A stretch of 32,000 nt of DNA from Vibrio vulnificus CMCP6 (GTDB lineage Bacteria; Pseudomonadota; Gammaproteobacteria; Enterobacterales; Vibrionaceae): contig NC_004459.3 of NCBI RefSeq assembly GCF_000039765.1, positions 1,230,001-1,262,000 of the forward strand, in the 5' to 3' direction. The position numbers and the translations under genes are program-made. Below are positions 19,295 to 28,637 of this stretch, piece after piece. The notes below the pieces were generated by a model that did not search any database, was not told where the DNA came from, and saw only the letters and a list, made by a program, of their open reading frames with translations. How positions within the stretch are numbered: the stretch's first letter is position 1; each line of letters opens with the position of its first letter.

Positions 19295-19861
19295 ATGGCT
19301 ACAGTTAGCACTAATGAATTTAAAGGCGGCCTAAAACTCATGATCGATAGCGAGCCTTGCGTTATCTTGGAAAATGAGTACGTAAAACCGGGTAAAGGCC
19401 AAGCGTTCAACCGCGTTAAAATTCGTAAACTTCTTTCTGGTAAAGTGCTAGAGAAAACATTCAAGTCTGGTGACACTTGTGAAGTGGCAGACGTAATGGA
19501 TATCGACCTAGATTATCTATATTCAGACGGCGAATTCTACCACTTTATGAACAACGAAACGTTCGAGCAAATTGCAGCAGACGCAAAAGCTGTTGGTGAG
19601 AACGTTAAGTGGTTGGTTGAGAACAACACTTGTATGTTGACACTTTGGAACGGTAACCCTATCGCGGTAACACCACCAAACTTTGTTGAGTTAGAAGTGA
19701 TTGAAACCGATCCTGGTCTAAAGGGTGATACTCAGGGTACAGGTGGTAAGCCTGCAACACTATCAACCGGTGCTGTTGTTCGTGTACCGTTATTCATCCA
19801 AATCGGTGAAGTGATCAAAGTCGACACGCGCAGCTCAGAGTACGTGGGTCGCGTGAAGTAA
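19295..19861 (+). CDS. efp: translation elongation factor P
   Basis: The 188-aa product carries the conserved modified-lysine loop VKPGKGQAF, with Lys at position 34. Confidence 0.98.
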   Translation: MATVSTNEFKGGLKLMIDSEPCVILENEYVKPGKGQAFNRVKIRKLLSGKVLEKTFKSGDTCEVADVMDIDLDYLYSDGEFYHFMNNETFEQIAADAKAVGENVKWLVENNTCMLTLWNGNPIAVTPPNFVELEVIETDPGLKGDTQGTGGKPATLSTGAVVRVPLFIQIGEVIKVDTRSSEYVGRVK

Positions 19862-19880
19862 TATCAGCCTGATAGTTTCT

Positions 19881-19907
19881 AAAAAGGTCGCCTTGGCGAC
19901 CTTTTTT
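19881..19907 (+). terminator. intrinsic terminator after efp
   Basis: AAAAAGGTCGC-cttg-GCGACCTTTTTT. Confidence 0.9.
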
Positions 19908-20087
19908 GCGTTTTGTTCAAAACAATAACTCCGTCCAATATTCGGAAAAAGTTAATTATTTTGGTGAATCTTTCGACTATTCCTTCCTGTCTTAAATTGT
20001 TACATTTGTACCTGTTGTTGATGAGGTAGATAACACCTTGGTTTATTTAGTTTTATCTCATAAACAACCATGCAAAGGAGAATAATA

Positions 20088-21491
20088 ATGAACAACTCAA
20101 ACCTAGGACAAAGTTTGAAAGTGGAAGAAAGACGTCAGTTGCTTCGTCGTGGCATCAAAACGGCGATTATTGGTGTGCCGTTGTTGGCGCTAGGGCTTAC
20201 CATCAATAGCTCGGTGTTAATGACCGATGCGGGCTATAGCTACGTGCACCAGAACAATATTACTGGTGAGTTGGATGTGTTTACCGAGCCCGGTATTCAT
20301 TTTCGCATGCCATTTTTATCGAAAATCACGCAGTATGATCAGGTGATCACGGTGTCGTTTGGCAACAACGCAGGTGAGGATTTCTATCAGCGTTTGGACC
20401 CGGTGCAAGTGCGATTTGCCGATACGTATATAGGGCAAATTCCAGTGACGTTCCGCTTTAAGTTGAGCACCGATCCGGATGCGTTAATCAAAATGCACCG
20501 CGAGTTTCGCAACAATAGCAACCTGATTGATGCACTGTTGGTGAAAAACGCGCGTAACGTCACTGTGATAACCGCTACCCAGTACACGGGTGAAGAGTTT
20601 TTCCAAGGTGGCTTAAACCAGTTCAAGTCGAAACTGGGTGATCAATTACGTGAAGGGATTTATCTGACCGAGCGTCGCCAAGTAGAAGTGGAAGAGTTGG
20701 ATTTGGCTCCGGTTGGCGTTGATCAATCAAATGCGAATCAGCTACAGCGTACTAATCAGCTAGTATGGAAAACCGTACCAGTGTTGGATGGGACTGGTCA
20801 GCCGATTCGCCAAGATAATCCACTGCAGCAATATGGTATTCAGGTGACTCAGGTCACCATTGGTGATCCCCAGCCTGAAAAACAGTTGGATCAATTACTG
20901 GCGGATAAGAAGCGCTTAGTGGCTGATCGTATTCGAGCCATTCAAGAGCAAGAAACATCGAAAGCACAGGCGGAAACAGAACAACTTCGTAAAGAAATTC
21001 AGCGTACTCGTGAAGTACAAGACGCTCAGCGTCAAAAAGAGTTGGCGATCATTTCTCAGCAGAAAGAGGTGGAAGTTGCGCGCCAAATCGCTGAACGAGA
21101 GATCGTCGAAGTGGAGAAGACCAAGCGTCTTGCGGAAGTGGAAAAAGAGAAAGAGCTGGCGATAGCGGAAGCTAACCTTGCGATTCAAAAAGCCAACTCA
21201 CTTTCTGCTGAGTTTGAAGCGAAAGCGATTTTAGAAAAAGGTCGTGCTGAAGCGGAAGTGCTTAAAGCGAAATACGCGGCATTAGGGGCCAACCGAGAAG
21301 TGTATTTGGCTGAGCTAAATCGAGATGTGGCCAATTCGCTGTACAATAATCTGCAAAACTTCCAAGTGCAGATGCCACAGAACTACATTGGTGGTAGCGA
21401 TGAAACGGGTTTGAAAACAAACTTAGACGTCATTACAGGGTTCGGCGCACTTGGTTTGATGGACCAAACCAAGAAAGTGGTCAATAAATAA
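20088..21491 (+). CDS. SPFH/band-7 (flotillin-like) membrane protein with long coiled coil
   Basis: ORF 20070..21491. The ATG at 20088 has AAGGAG 8 nt upstream. The product has an N-terminal TM helix (IKTAIIGVPLLALGL), a prohibitin-homology-like region, and a roughly 130-aa E/A/K/Q-rich heptad region (KEVEVARQIAEREIVEVEKTKRLAEVEKEKELAIAEANLA). The gene is bracketed by terminators. Confidence 0.8.
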   Translation: MNNSNLGQSLKVEERRQLLRRGIKTAIIGVPLLALGLTINSSVLMTDAGYSYVHQNNITGELDVFTEPGIHFRMPFLSKITQYDQVITVSFGNNAGEDFYQRLDPVQVRFADTYIGQIPVTFRFKLSTDPDALIKMHREFRNNSNLIDALLVKNARNVTVITATQYTGEEFFQGGLNQFKSKLGDQLREGIYLTERRQVEVEELDLAPVGVDQSNANQLQRTNQLVWKTVPVLDGTGQPIRQDNPLQQYGIQVTQVTIGDPQPEKQLDQLLADKKRLVADRIRAIQEQETSKAQAETEQLRKEIQRTREVQDAQRQKELAIISQQKEVEVARQIAEREIVEVEKTKRLAEVEKEKELAIAEANLAIQKANSLSAEFEAKAILEKGRAEAEVLKAKYAALGANREVYLAELNRDVANSLYNNLQNFQVQMPQNYIGGSDETGLKTNLDVITGFGALGLMDQTKKVVNK

Positions 21492-21512
21492 ACCACTTGA
21501 AGCAGTGACAAT

Positions 21513-21540
21513 AAAAAAGCTGGCGACAAGCCAGCTTTTT
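21513..21540. terminator. bidirectional terminator between the SPFH gene and frdD
   Basis: AAAAAAGCTGGC-gacaa-GCCAGCTTTTT. Confidence 0.88.
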
Positions 21541-21559
21541 CTTTTTCAGTGCGCCATGC

Positions 21560-21937
21560 TTACAGCATGAAAATGAACACCACCGCCAATGCTGAAATCA
21601 ATCCAGCAACCGCGTAACAGGCAATTTTGCCGACCACGCCAGTGTGGAATTTGAGATCATGCATGCCGTGGTGAACACGGTGCATCGCATGCCACATTGG
21701 TAAGGCCAGTGTCGCGATGATAAACAATGCGCCGATGATGCTGGTGGCAAAGCTCACCACTCGGTCGTAACTCAGTGCTTCTGCATTGATCACGCCCATT
21801 GGCACGAGAATACCCAGCACCAAAACAGTAACTGGTGTGATCATGGCAAACCAAGTACCACCTGCACCAAACAAGCTCCACCAAACTGGCTCATCAGAAC
21901 GTTTTGGCGCTCTATCTACGTTGTAATTCGGTTTCAT
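21560..21937 (-). CDS. frdD: fumarate reductase membrane anchor subunit D
   Basis: A 125-aa protein with 3 TM helices, last gene of the frdABCD order. The N-terminus contains [15 protein letters not shown], typical of FrdD. Confidence 0.93.
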
Positions 21938-21949
21938 CGTTAAAGCTCC

Positions 21950-22333
21950 TTACACCACGATAAGTACGATCAGTGAGATAAATGCCACCGCCGCCCACTG
22001 AGCGAGCACGATGATTTTCTTATCAACAGGTTTGCCCTTCAAACGAATTGGCATGACCTGAGGCATCATACTGAAGAAGGTATGAGCATGCAGTAGGCTG
22101 CCGAGTAAGGCGACGATGTTAATCGCGATCACCACTGGGTTCGCCATAAAGTTCAACCACGTTTGCCAAGCTTCTGGCCCTTTCACCAGAGAACCCAAAC
22201 CGACAGTCAGGAACAAGGTGAAGAGAATCAATGGCAGCACAGTGGCTTCACGTAGCATGTAGAAGCGGTAGAATGGGTGATCTTTCCACCAAGTGCGTTT
22301 TACTTCACGAACGTAAGGTTTACGATTGCTCAT
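21950..22333 (-). CDS. frdC: fumarate reductase membrane anchor subunit C
   Basis: A 127-aa protein with 3 TM helices. The N-terminus MSNRKPYVREVKRTWWKDHPFYRFYMLREATV is typical of FrdC. Confidence 0.93.
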   Translation of the reverse strand: MSNRKPYVREVKRTWWKDHPFYRFYMLREATVLPLILFTLFLTVGLGSLVKGPEAWQTWLNFMANPVVIAINIVALLGSLLHAHTFFSMMPQVMPIRLKGKPVDKKIIVLAQWAAVAFISLIVLIVV

Positions 22334-22335
22334 TC

Positions 22336-23094
22336 TTATGCCTCCACTTTCTTTGGTGAACCATCAGGTTTCAGCATTGCAATGACGAAGTCCATTGATG
22401 ACTCGACTTTGCCTTGGTTAACCGCGGCAGCAGGATCAACATTCTTCGGACAAACTTCAGAACAATAGCCAACAAACGTACAGCCCCACGCACCGTTTTC
22501 GCCATTGATTAGCTTCATACGCTCTGCTTTACCATTGTCACGGCTATCTAGGTTGTAGCGGTGTGCCAAAGTCAGTGCTGCTGGACCAATGAACTCTGGG
22601 TTCAAACCGAACTGCGGACACGCTGCGTAGCAAAGACCACAGTTAATACAACCCGCGAACTGCTTGTATTTTGCCAGCTGTTCAGGGGTTTGTAGGTTAG
22701 TACCATCTTCTGGCTTGCGGTCGTTGCCAATGATGTAAGGTTTGATCGCTTCTAGGCGCTCGATGAACGGCGTCATATCGACAATCAAATCTTTCTCGAT
22801 TGGGAAGTTTGCTAATGGCTCGATTTTCACGCCGTCTGGGTAGTCGCGCAGGAAGCTCTTACACGCCAGTTTTGGCACGCCGTTGACCATGATGCCGCAC
22901 GAGCCACAAATCGCCATACGACAAGACCAACGGTAAGAGAGGTTTTTGTCGAGATGATCTTTGACGTAGCCCAGAGCATCAAGTACCGACATGGTTTCAT
23001 CAAACGGGACTTCGAAAGCCTGAAAACGAGGTTCTGCGTCTGTTGCTGGGTCGTAACGCAGAATGTCTACTTTTTGAATGCGGTTTGCCGACAT
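22336..23094 (-). CDS. frdB: fumarate reductase iron-sulfur subunit
   Basis: The 252-aa product has three Cys clusters ([34 protein letters not shown]). Its ATG overlaps the frdA stop as TAATG. Confidence 0.97.
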   Translation of the reverse strand: MSANRIQKVDILRYDPATDAEPRFQAFEVPFDETMSVLDALGYVKDHLDKNLSYRWSCRMAICGSCGIMVNGVPKLACKSFLRDYPDGVKIEPLANFPIEKDLIVDMTPFIERLEAIKPYIIGNDRKPEDGTNLQTPEQLAKYKQFAGCINCGLCYAACPQFGLNPEFIGPAALTLAHRYNLDSRDNGKAERMKLINGENGAWGCTFVGYCSEVCPKNVDPAAAVNQGKVESSMDFVIAMLKPDGSPKKVEA

Positions 23095-24911
23095 TATGCT
23101 TGCTCCTCTGCGTTTTTCTCTGCGGCCTTAGCGGCTTCTTCAGCGGCAGCTTTCTCTGCTGCTTCACCATACAAACGTGCTTTAGGCTGAGACTTAGTGA
23201 TGGTCACGTCGCTGTAGCTGATGTTTGGTGCTTGATCTTCTTGGAAGAAAGCCAAAGAGTGCTTGAGGAAGTTCACGTCATCACGATCGGTACAGCCGTC
23301 GTCAAGACGTTGGTGAGCACCACGAGATTCTTTACGTAGAATCGCGGAGTGAACCATTGCTTCCGCCACTTCTAGGCCGTAACCCACTTCGATTGCGTAG
23401 AGAAGGTCAGTATTGAATACCTTGCCTTTGTCTTTGATGCTGATTTTCTTGTAACGCTCTTTCAGTTCAGTGATTTTCTCGATCGTTGCTTGCATCAGAT
23501 CTTCTTGGCGGTAGATACCACAGCCCGCTTCCATGGTGTGACCCATTTCCGTGCGGATATCTGCCCAGTTTTCATCGCCTTCTTGGTTCATTAGCGCTGC
23601 GATACGCTCTTCAACCGCTTTCACTTGTGCAGCGATAGACGCTTCGTTCCAGCCCTTGAATTCCGCTGCGCGTTTCACCGCTTGCTCACCCGCAACGCGG
23701 CCAAACACTACAAATTCTGCTAGTGAGTTCGAACCAAGGCGGTTTGCACCGTGCAGACCAACAGAAGCACATTCTCCCACCGCGAACAGGCCTTTAATGC
23801 GTGTTTCACACTGTTTGTCGGTTTCAATACCACCCATGGTGTAGTGAACCGTTGGACGAATTGGAATCGGCTCTTTTGCTGGGTCAACGTTGACATACGC
23901 TTTGGCGAGTTCACAAATGAACGGTAGACGCTCTTGCAGATACTCTTCACCTAGGTGGCGCAAGTCTAGGTGTACCACGTCACCGAGTGGGTGCTTGATG
24001 GTGTTGCCTTTCTGCTGCTCGTGCCAGAATGCTTGAGAAACTTTGTCACGTGGACCAAGTTCCATGTATTTGTTCTTCGGCTGACCAACCGGTGTTTCTG
24101 GGCCCATGCCGTAGTCTTGCAAGTAACGATAGCCGTTTTTGTTGACAATGATACCGCCTTCACCACGACAACCTTCGGTCATCAGGATACCAGTGCCTGG
24201 TAGGCCCGTTGGGTGGTATTGCACGAATTCCATATCACGTAGAGGAACGCCGTGACGGTAAGCCATAGCCATACCATCGCCCGTTACGATACCGCCGTTG
24301 GTATTGCAGTGGTAAACACGACCAGCACCACCTGTGGCAAGTACCACTGATTTTGCTTTGATGGTGACCAACTCCCCTTCTGCCATATGGATGGCGATCA
24401 GGCCTTGAACTTCACCTTCATCAACAAGCAGATCCACCACAAAGTACTCATCAAAGCGTTTGATGTTTGAGTACTTCATCGAAGTTTGGAATAGGGTGTG
24501 TAGCATGTGGAAGCCAGTTTTGTCTGCCGCAAACCACGTACGCTCAACTTTCATACCGCCAAAGCGACGAACGTTGACTTCGCCATTCTCCTTACGGCTC
24601 CATGGGCACCCCCATTGCTCCATTTGGATCATTTCGCGCGTCGCGTTTTCAACAAAGTATTCAACAACATCCTGTTCACAAAGCCAGTCACCACCACCAA
24701 CGGTATCGTTGAAGTGATTGTCTAGGCTATCCTCATCCTTGATAACTGCTGCTGAGCCACCCTCTGCTGCGACCGTATGGGAACGCATTGGGTAAACCTT
24801 AGAAATTAAGGCTACTTCCAGATCCGGGTTTGCTTCAGCCGCTGCAATAGCAGTACGAAGACCAGCGCCGCCTGCGCCGATGACTGCGATATCTGTGATG
24901 ATAGTTTGCAC
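23094..24911 (-). CDS. frdA: fumarate reductase flavoprotein subunit
   Basis: The track ORF extends to 25064. The GTG at 24911 is preceded by GGAGG 7 nt upstream and gives [26 protein letters not shown], matching the GTG-initiated E. coli FrdA N-terminus as I recall it. The FAD-His context [10 protein letters not shown] is present. Length is 605 aa. Confidence 0.96.
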   Translation of the reverse strand: MQTIITDIAVIGAGGAGLRTAIAAAEANPDLEVALISKVYPMRSHTVAAEGGSAAVIKDEDSLDNHFNDTVGGGDWLCEQDVVEYFVENATREMIQMEQWGCPWSRKENGEVNVRRFGGMKVERTWFAADKTGFHMLHTLFQTSMKYSNIKRFDEYFVVDLLVDEGEVQGLIAIHMAEGELVTIKAKSVVLATGGAGRVYHCNTNGGIVTGDGMAMAYRHGVPLRDMEFVQYHPTGLPGTGILMTEGCRGEGGIIVNKNGYRYLQDYGMGPETPVGQPKNKYMELGPRDKVSQAFWHEQQKGNTIKHPLGDVVHLDLRHLGEEYLQERLPFICELAKAYVNVDPAKEPIPIRPTVHYTMGGIETDKQCETRIKGLFAVGECASVGLHGANRLGSNSLAEFVVFGRVAGEQAVKRAAEFKGWNEASIAAQVKAVEERIAALMNQEGDENWADIRTEMGHTMEAGCGIYRQEDLMQATIEKITELKERYKKISIKDKGKVFNTDLLYAIEVGYGLEVAEAMVHSAILRKESRGAHQRLDDGCTDRDDVNFLKHSLAFFQEDQAPNISYSDVTITKSQPKARLYGEAAEKAAAEEAAKAAEKNAEEQA

Positions 24912-25089
24912 AGTTATCCTCCAGTGTGTGAGTGCGGAAATCCGCTTGTTATTGTGAGATAGGGGCGTAGGCAAACGCATACTCCCCAAAAGTAGTAGTG
25001 ACAGTGTAGAAGAGCTTTGTGATAGAAAAATTGATGTATTTAGGTTTTTGCTTCGGAAATGCAAATATGAGCATAGAATTTATAGGTTA

Positions 25090-25105
25090 TGTGATAACTG
25101 TCACG
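25090..25105. promoter_or_regulatory. CRP-like site in the frdA-epmA intergenic region
   Basis: TGTGAtaactgTCACg matches TGTGA-N6-TCACA at 9/10 positions. Its centre is about 186 nt from the frdA GTG and about 218 nt from the epmA ATG. Confidence 0.4.
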
Positions 25106-25162
25106 GCAGCTTGTCTTGAGGATTCAACTGCTTGAGCGGCAAGGTGTTAATTGGATGTTGCC

Positions 25163-25178
25163 GATGATTTTTATCATC
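25163..25178. promoter_or_regulatory. FNR/CRP-type palindrome GATGAT-TTTT-ATCATC
   Basis: A perfect 6+6 palindrome. Its core ATGAT-N4-ATCAT matches the FNR consensus TTGAT-N4-ATCAA at 8/10. It lies about 259 nt upstream of frdA, a gene that is FNR-activated in E. coli. Confidence 0.35.
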
Positions 25179-25315
25179 AATAATCGCAACCAATTTGTTG
25201 CTGTTTTTAGCTTGTACAACGTTGTTTTTGTGCTCAATGGCGCTTGAGAAGTTGCTTGCAAAGGCTGAAGAAGGTGGTAAGTTCCACCGCAGAGTTATTG
25301 AGTTGAGAGTCAAAA

Positions 25316-26287
25316 ATGCAAGCCGATTGGAAACCGACCGCATCAATCGAACAACTGCGTCAACGCGCCGTTTTGATTGCCAATATCCGTCAATTTTTTG
25401 CCCAGAGAGGGGTGTTGGAAGTGGATACGCCAGCGATGAGCCACGCCACGGTTACCGATATCCATCTGCATACGTTTCAAACCGAGTTTGTGGGGCCCGG
25501 TTATGCTCAAGGTCGCCACCTTCACTTGATGACCAGCCCAGAATTCCATATGAAGCGCTTATTGGCGGCTGGAAGTGGCTGTATCTACCAAATGGCCAAG
25601 GCATTTCGTAATGAAGAGAATGGCCGTCACCACAATCCTGAGTTCACCATGCTGGAGTGGTATCGCGTTGGCTTTGATCACCACCAACTGATGGATGAAA
25701 TGGATGATTTACTGCAACTGATACTCAAGTGTGGCACTGCTGAGCGCATGACGTATCAGCAAGCGTTTCTAACTGTGCTGGGTGTTTGTCCGCTAGAAGG
25801 CTCCATGGCGGAGCTGAAAAGCGTTGCGGCAAGGTTGGGTTTGAGTGATATCGCAGAACCAGAAGAGGATCGCGATACCTTGCTACAACTGCTCTTTAGC
25901 ATCGGTGTGGAAGCAAAGATTGGTCAGCAGGTGCCAGCATTTGTTTATGATTTTCCTGCCTCTCAAGCAGCATTGGCAAAGATTAACCCGAATGATCCTC
26001 GTGTTGCAGATCGTTTTGAGGTGTACTTTAAGGGCATTGAGCTAGCCAATGGTTTCCATGAGCTCGACAACCCACAAGAACAGCTGACACGATTTGAGCA
26101 AGACAACGCGAAGCGTATTGACATGGGGCTGACTCCACAACCGATAGATTACCATCTGATTGCGGCATTGGAGTCGGGCTTACCGGCTTGCGCGGGAGTG
26201 GCATTGGGCGTTGATCGCTTGATTATGTTGTCGCTTGGTTGTACTCACATTGATGAGATCACCGCTTTTCCTTTTCCTATTGCGTGA
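25316..26287 (+). CDS. epmA: EF-P lysine-34 lysyltransferase EpmA (PoxA/GenX, class II LysRS paralogue)
   Basis: The 323-aa product has class II aaRS-like motifs ([31 protein letters not shown]). It is divergent from frdA, as in E. coli. Confidence 0.94.
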
Positions 26288-26295
26288 GAATCGCT

Positions 26296-26664
26296 ATGAA
26301 AAAACGGTATTTGTTGCTTATTTATGCGTCCTTAATCGCATTTTTATCATTACGTTCTTCGAGCGGATTACAAGATTGGGGCGACATTCCGAACCTAGAT
26401 AAGCTGCAGCATTTCATGGCGTATAGCTGTTTCTCGCTGCTCGCAGCAGTCAGTGTAAGGCATTGGTGGCAACGTGGTGTGGCTGCTTTAGCCATTTTTC
26501 TCTTTAGCGGAGGGATCGAACTGGCACAAGCTTACGTCGGTAGGGAAAGCTCGTGGTTTGATCTGTTGGCGAACTTATCTGGGATTATACTAGGCTTACT
26601 AACGTATAAGCTCTATTGCGTTTATCGATCTCGAAATGTGAAATCGATATACTCCAATGACTAG
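26296..26664 (+). CDS. VanZ-like family small membrane protein
   Basis: ORF 26284..26664 opens with GTG overlapping the epmA stop; the ATG at 26296 gives MKKRYLLLIY. The product has about 4 TM segments and the core GGIELAQAYVGRESSWFDLLAN, which resembles VanZ-like proteins. Confidence 0.7.
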   Translation: MKKRYLLLIYASLIAFLSLRSSSGLQDWGDIPNLDKLQHFMAYSCFSLLAAVSVRHWWQRGVAALAIFLFSGGIELAQAYVGRESSWFDLLANLSGIILGLLTYKLYCVYRSRNVKSIYSND

Positions 26665-26757
26665 GTCGTTTTTCTCTTTTTCCTAATATACGATTTTATT
26701 CACGGAATAGGATCGGTTAGCAGGGGAAGATAGGCGAGCCCAGTGAGCAAGTTTTAT

Positions 26758-26770
26758 CTTTCTAAGAAAG
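26758..26770. promoter_or_regulatory. palindrome CTTTCT-a-AGAAAG just upstream of the TetR gene (candidate operator)
   Basis: A 6+1+6 palindrome ending 17 nt before the TetR ATG. Confidence 0.3.
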
Positions 26771-26786
26771 GGATTACACCACAATA

Positions 26787-27422
26787 ATGAAAACACGTGA
26801 GAAGATCGTGCATGCTGCCCTTGAGCTGTTTAATCAGCACGGTGAGCGCAGCATCACCACTAACCATATTGCTGATCATATTGATATTAGCCCAGGTAAC
26901 CTTTACTACCACTTTCGCAATAAACAAGAGATTGTGCGCGAAATTTTTGCTTTGTATGCGCAAGAACTGATTGAGCGCTTTACTCCAGTTCAAGAAAACC
27001 AAGAAAGTTTGGTGTTGTTGAAGCGCTATCTTGATTCGATCTTCACCTTGATGTGGAAGTACCGTTTTTTCTACGCCAATTTGCCTGAAATCCTCTCTCG
27101 CGATGAAGAGTTGCATCAACAATACATTGAAGTTCAAGATAAGCTACAAGCCAACCTAGTGGCGATTATGCGCGAGTTTGTTTCCCTTCAACTACTTGAA
27201 TTAAATGAAGATGAACTCAAGTCCTTAGTGCGAACTTTGCACCTGATTGCGTGCAGTTGGTTAGCGTATCAGTCCGCTATGTCGCCCAAAGTTGCGATCA
27301 CCGAGCAAATGGTACAGCAAGGCATGTTGCAAATGATTGCCGTGGTGAAGCCGATTGCGACGGAGCAAGGTATGGAGCAGTTACTGCTGCTCGAAGATGG
27401 CGTGCGCGCCCTGCACGGCTAA
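26787..27422 (+). CDS. TetR/AcrR-family transcriptional regulator
   Basis: The 211-aa product has an N-terminal TetR HTH (REKIVHAALELFNQHGERSITTNHIADHIDISPGNLYYHFRNKQEI). Confidence 0.9.
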   Translation: MKTREKIVHAALELFNQHGERSITTNHIADHIDISPGNLYYHFRNKQEIVREIFALYAQELIERFTPVQENQESLVLLKRYLDSIFTLMWKYRFFYANLPEILSRDEELHQQYIEVQDKLQANLVAIMREFVSLQLLELNEDELKSLVRTLHLIACSWLAYQSAMSPKVAITEQMVQQGMLQMIAVVKPIATEQGMEQLLLLEDGVRALHG

Positions 27423-27456
27423 ACATCTCACATTCAAGACATCCCTCTTATATATG

Positions 27457-27488
27457 ACCATAAAGCATCATTCATGACTTTATGGTCG
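27457..27488. other. 10-bp perfect inverted repeat between the TetR and DHH genes
   Basis: GACCATAAAG-n12-CTTTATGGTC, followed immediately by TTGACT. It could be a TetR-gene terminator lacking a U-tract or an operator for the DHH gene. Confidence 0.4.
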
Positions 27489-27555
27489 TTGACTTCTCTC
27501 CCTCACATCGGAAAATATCCAATAAATAATCAAACAGATATGGATATCTTCTCCG

Positions 27556-28509
27556 ATGAATTACGACATCTTTAATGGCGATGCTGATGGCATTATTGCC
27601 TTGTTGCAACTGAGACTTGCCGAGCCGAGATCCGCGACGTTGGTCACTGGTGTAAAACGCGATATCAAGCTGGTGGAGAAAGTGGCAGCACAAGCGGGCG
27701 ATCATTTGACGATCCTCGATATTTCGATGGAGAAAAACATCGCTGGAGTGCAAGCCGCCTTAGCGGCCGGGGCGCAACTGTTTTATGCCGATCACCACAA
27801 AGCGGGAGAGATTCCGGCTCACCCCCATCTCGATGCTCATATCGATTTAGATGCCAACATTTGTACAGCATTGATAGTGGATAAGCTGTTAGACGGACGT
27901 TTTCATCACTGGGCCATTACCGCCGCGTATGGCGACAACTTGATCGCGCGCGCTGATGAGCTCGCCATCAAGGCGGGTTTGAATGAACAACAGAGAGCGC
28001 AGTTGTGCGAGTTGGGCACGTTAATCAATTACAACGGTTATGGTGAGAAGTTGGCTGATTTGCATTTTGACCCCGCTGAGCTGTTCTTGAGTTTGCTCGC
28101 CTACTCATCTCCTTTCGATGTGATTGCCGATGCCAGCTCGCCTTACCATCGATTAAAACAAGCCTATGAGCACGATTTATATGTAGCGCAAGCTGTGTTA
28201 CCAAAGCATCAAAGTGACAAGTTGGCTTTGATAGAGCTGCCAGATACGCCAGCGTCGCGCCGAATCAGTGGGGTGTTTGGTAATTTATTGGCAAATCAGA
28301 CACCAGAGCGAGCTCATGCGGTTCTGACGCGCAATCAAGATGACACTTACACTGTTTCTCTACGTGCTCCGTTAACCAATAAACAAGGGGCGGGTGATAT
28401 TTGCAGCTCGTTTGCCACGGGTGGGGGGCGAGCAGCAGCAGCAGGCATTAATGCCTTAACCGCAGAAGAGTTGCCCCGTTTTATTGAGGTGGTGGAAGCC
28501 TACTACTAG
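27556..28509 (+). CDS. DHH/DHHA1-family phosphoesterase (uncharacterised)
   Basis: The 317-aa product has motifs FNGDADG (DxD), ILDIS and YADHHK (DHH). Its C-terminal motif is GGGRAAAAG, where DHHA1 proteins usually have GGGHxxAAG. Confidence 0.75.
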   Translation: MNYDIFNGDADGIIALLQLRLAEPRSATLVTGVKRDIKLVEKVAAQAGDHLTILDISMEKNIAGVQAALAAGAQLFYADHHKAGEIPAHPHLDAHIDLDANICTALIVDKLLDGRFHHWAITAAYGDNLIARADELAIKAGLNEQQRAQLCELGTLINYNGYGEKLADLHFDPAELFLSLLAYSSPFDVIADASSPYHRLKQAYEHDLYVAQAVLPKHQSDKLALIELPDTPASRRISGVFGNLLANQTPERAHAVLTRNQDDTYTVSLRAPLTNKQGAGDICSSFATGGGRAAAAGINALTAEELPRFIEVVEAYY

Positions 28510-28534
28510 GTGGCAACGCGAACGAAAAATGGGA

Positions 28535-28544
28535 GCCTTGGCTT
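28535..28544. repeat. target-site duplication, left copy (AGCCTTGGCT)
   Basis: Identical 10-mer directly abutting both IS ends (28535..28544 and 29973..29982). Confidence 0.88.
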
Positions 28545-28562
28545 AATGCCGATCAGTTAAGA
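28545..28562 (+). repeat. IS left terminal inverted repeat TAATGCCGATCAGTTAAG
   Basis: It matches the reverse complement of 29955..29972 (TAATGCCAGTCAGTTAAG) at 16/18 positions. Confidence 0.9.
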
Positions 28563-28637
28563 GATAAATGATCGGTTGAACGATCCTGCAGATGGCTTAT
28601 AAAGGCTCTAAGTTTCTAAAACTTTGAGCCTTTTATT

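Noticed and set aside
24912-25064. 5' extension of the frdA ORF (MHFRSKNLNTSIFL...)
   Set aside because: The GTG at 24911 has a GGAGG SD and reproduces the canonical FrdA N-terminus with the FAD-binding GxGxxG. The extension has no homology-like features and is AT-rich leader sequence.
25195-25611. 138-aa ORF spanning the frdA-epmA spacer and the 5' part of epmA; also the 81-aa ORF at 25101..25346 (-)
   Set aside because: The 138-aa ORF is out of frame with the well-supported epmA. Neither ORF has an SD or recognisable domains. Both are likely chance ORFs.
26754-27137. 127-aa ORF antisense to the TetR gene
   Set aside because: It overlaps the conserved HTH-coding part of a clear TetR gene on the opposite strand and has no independent signals.
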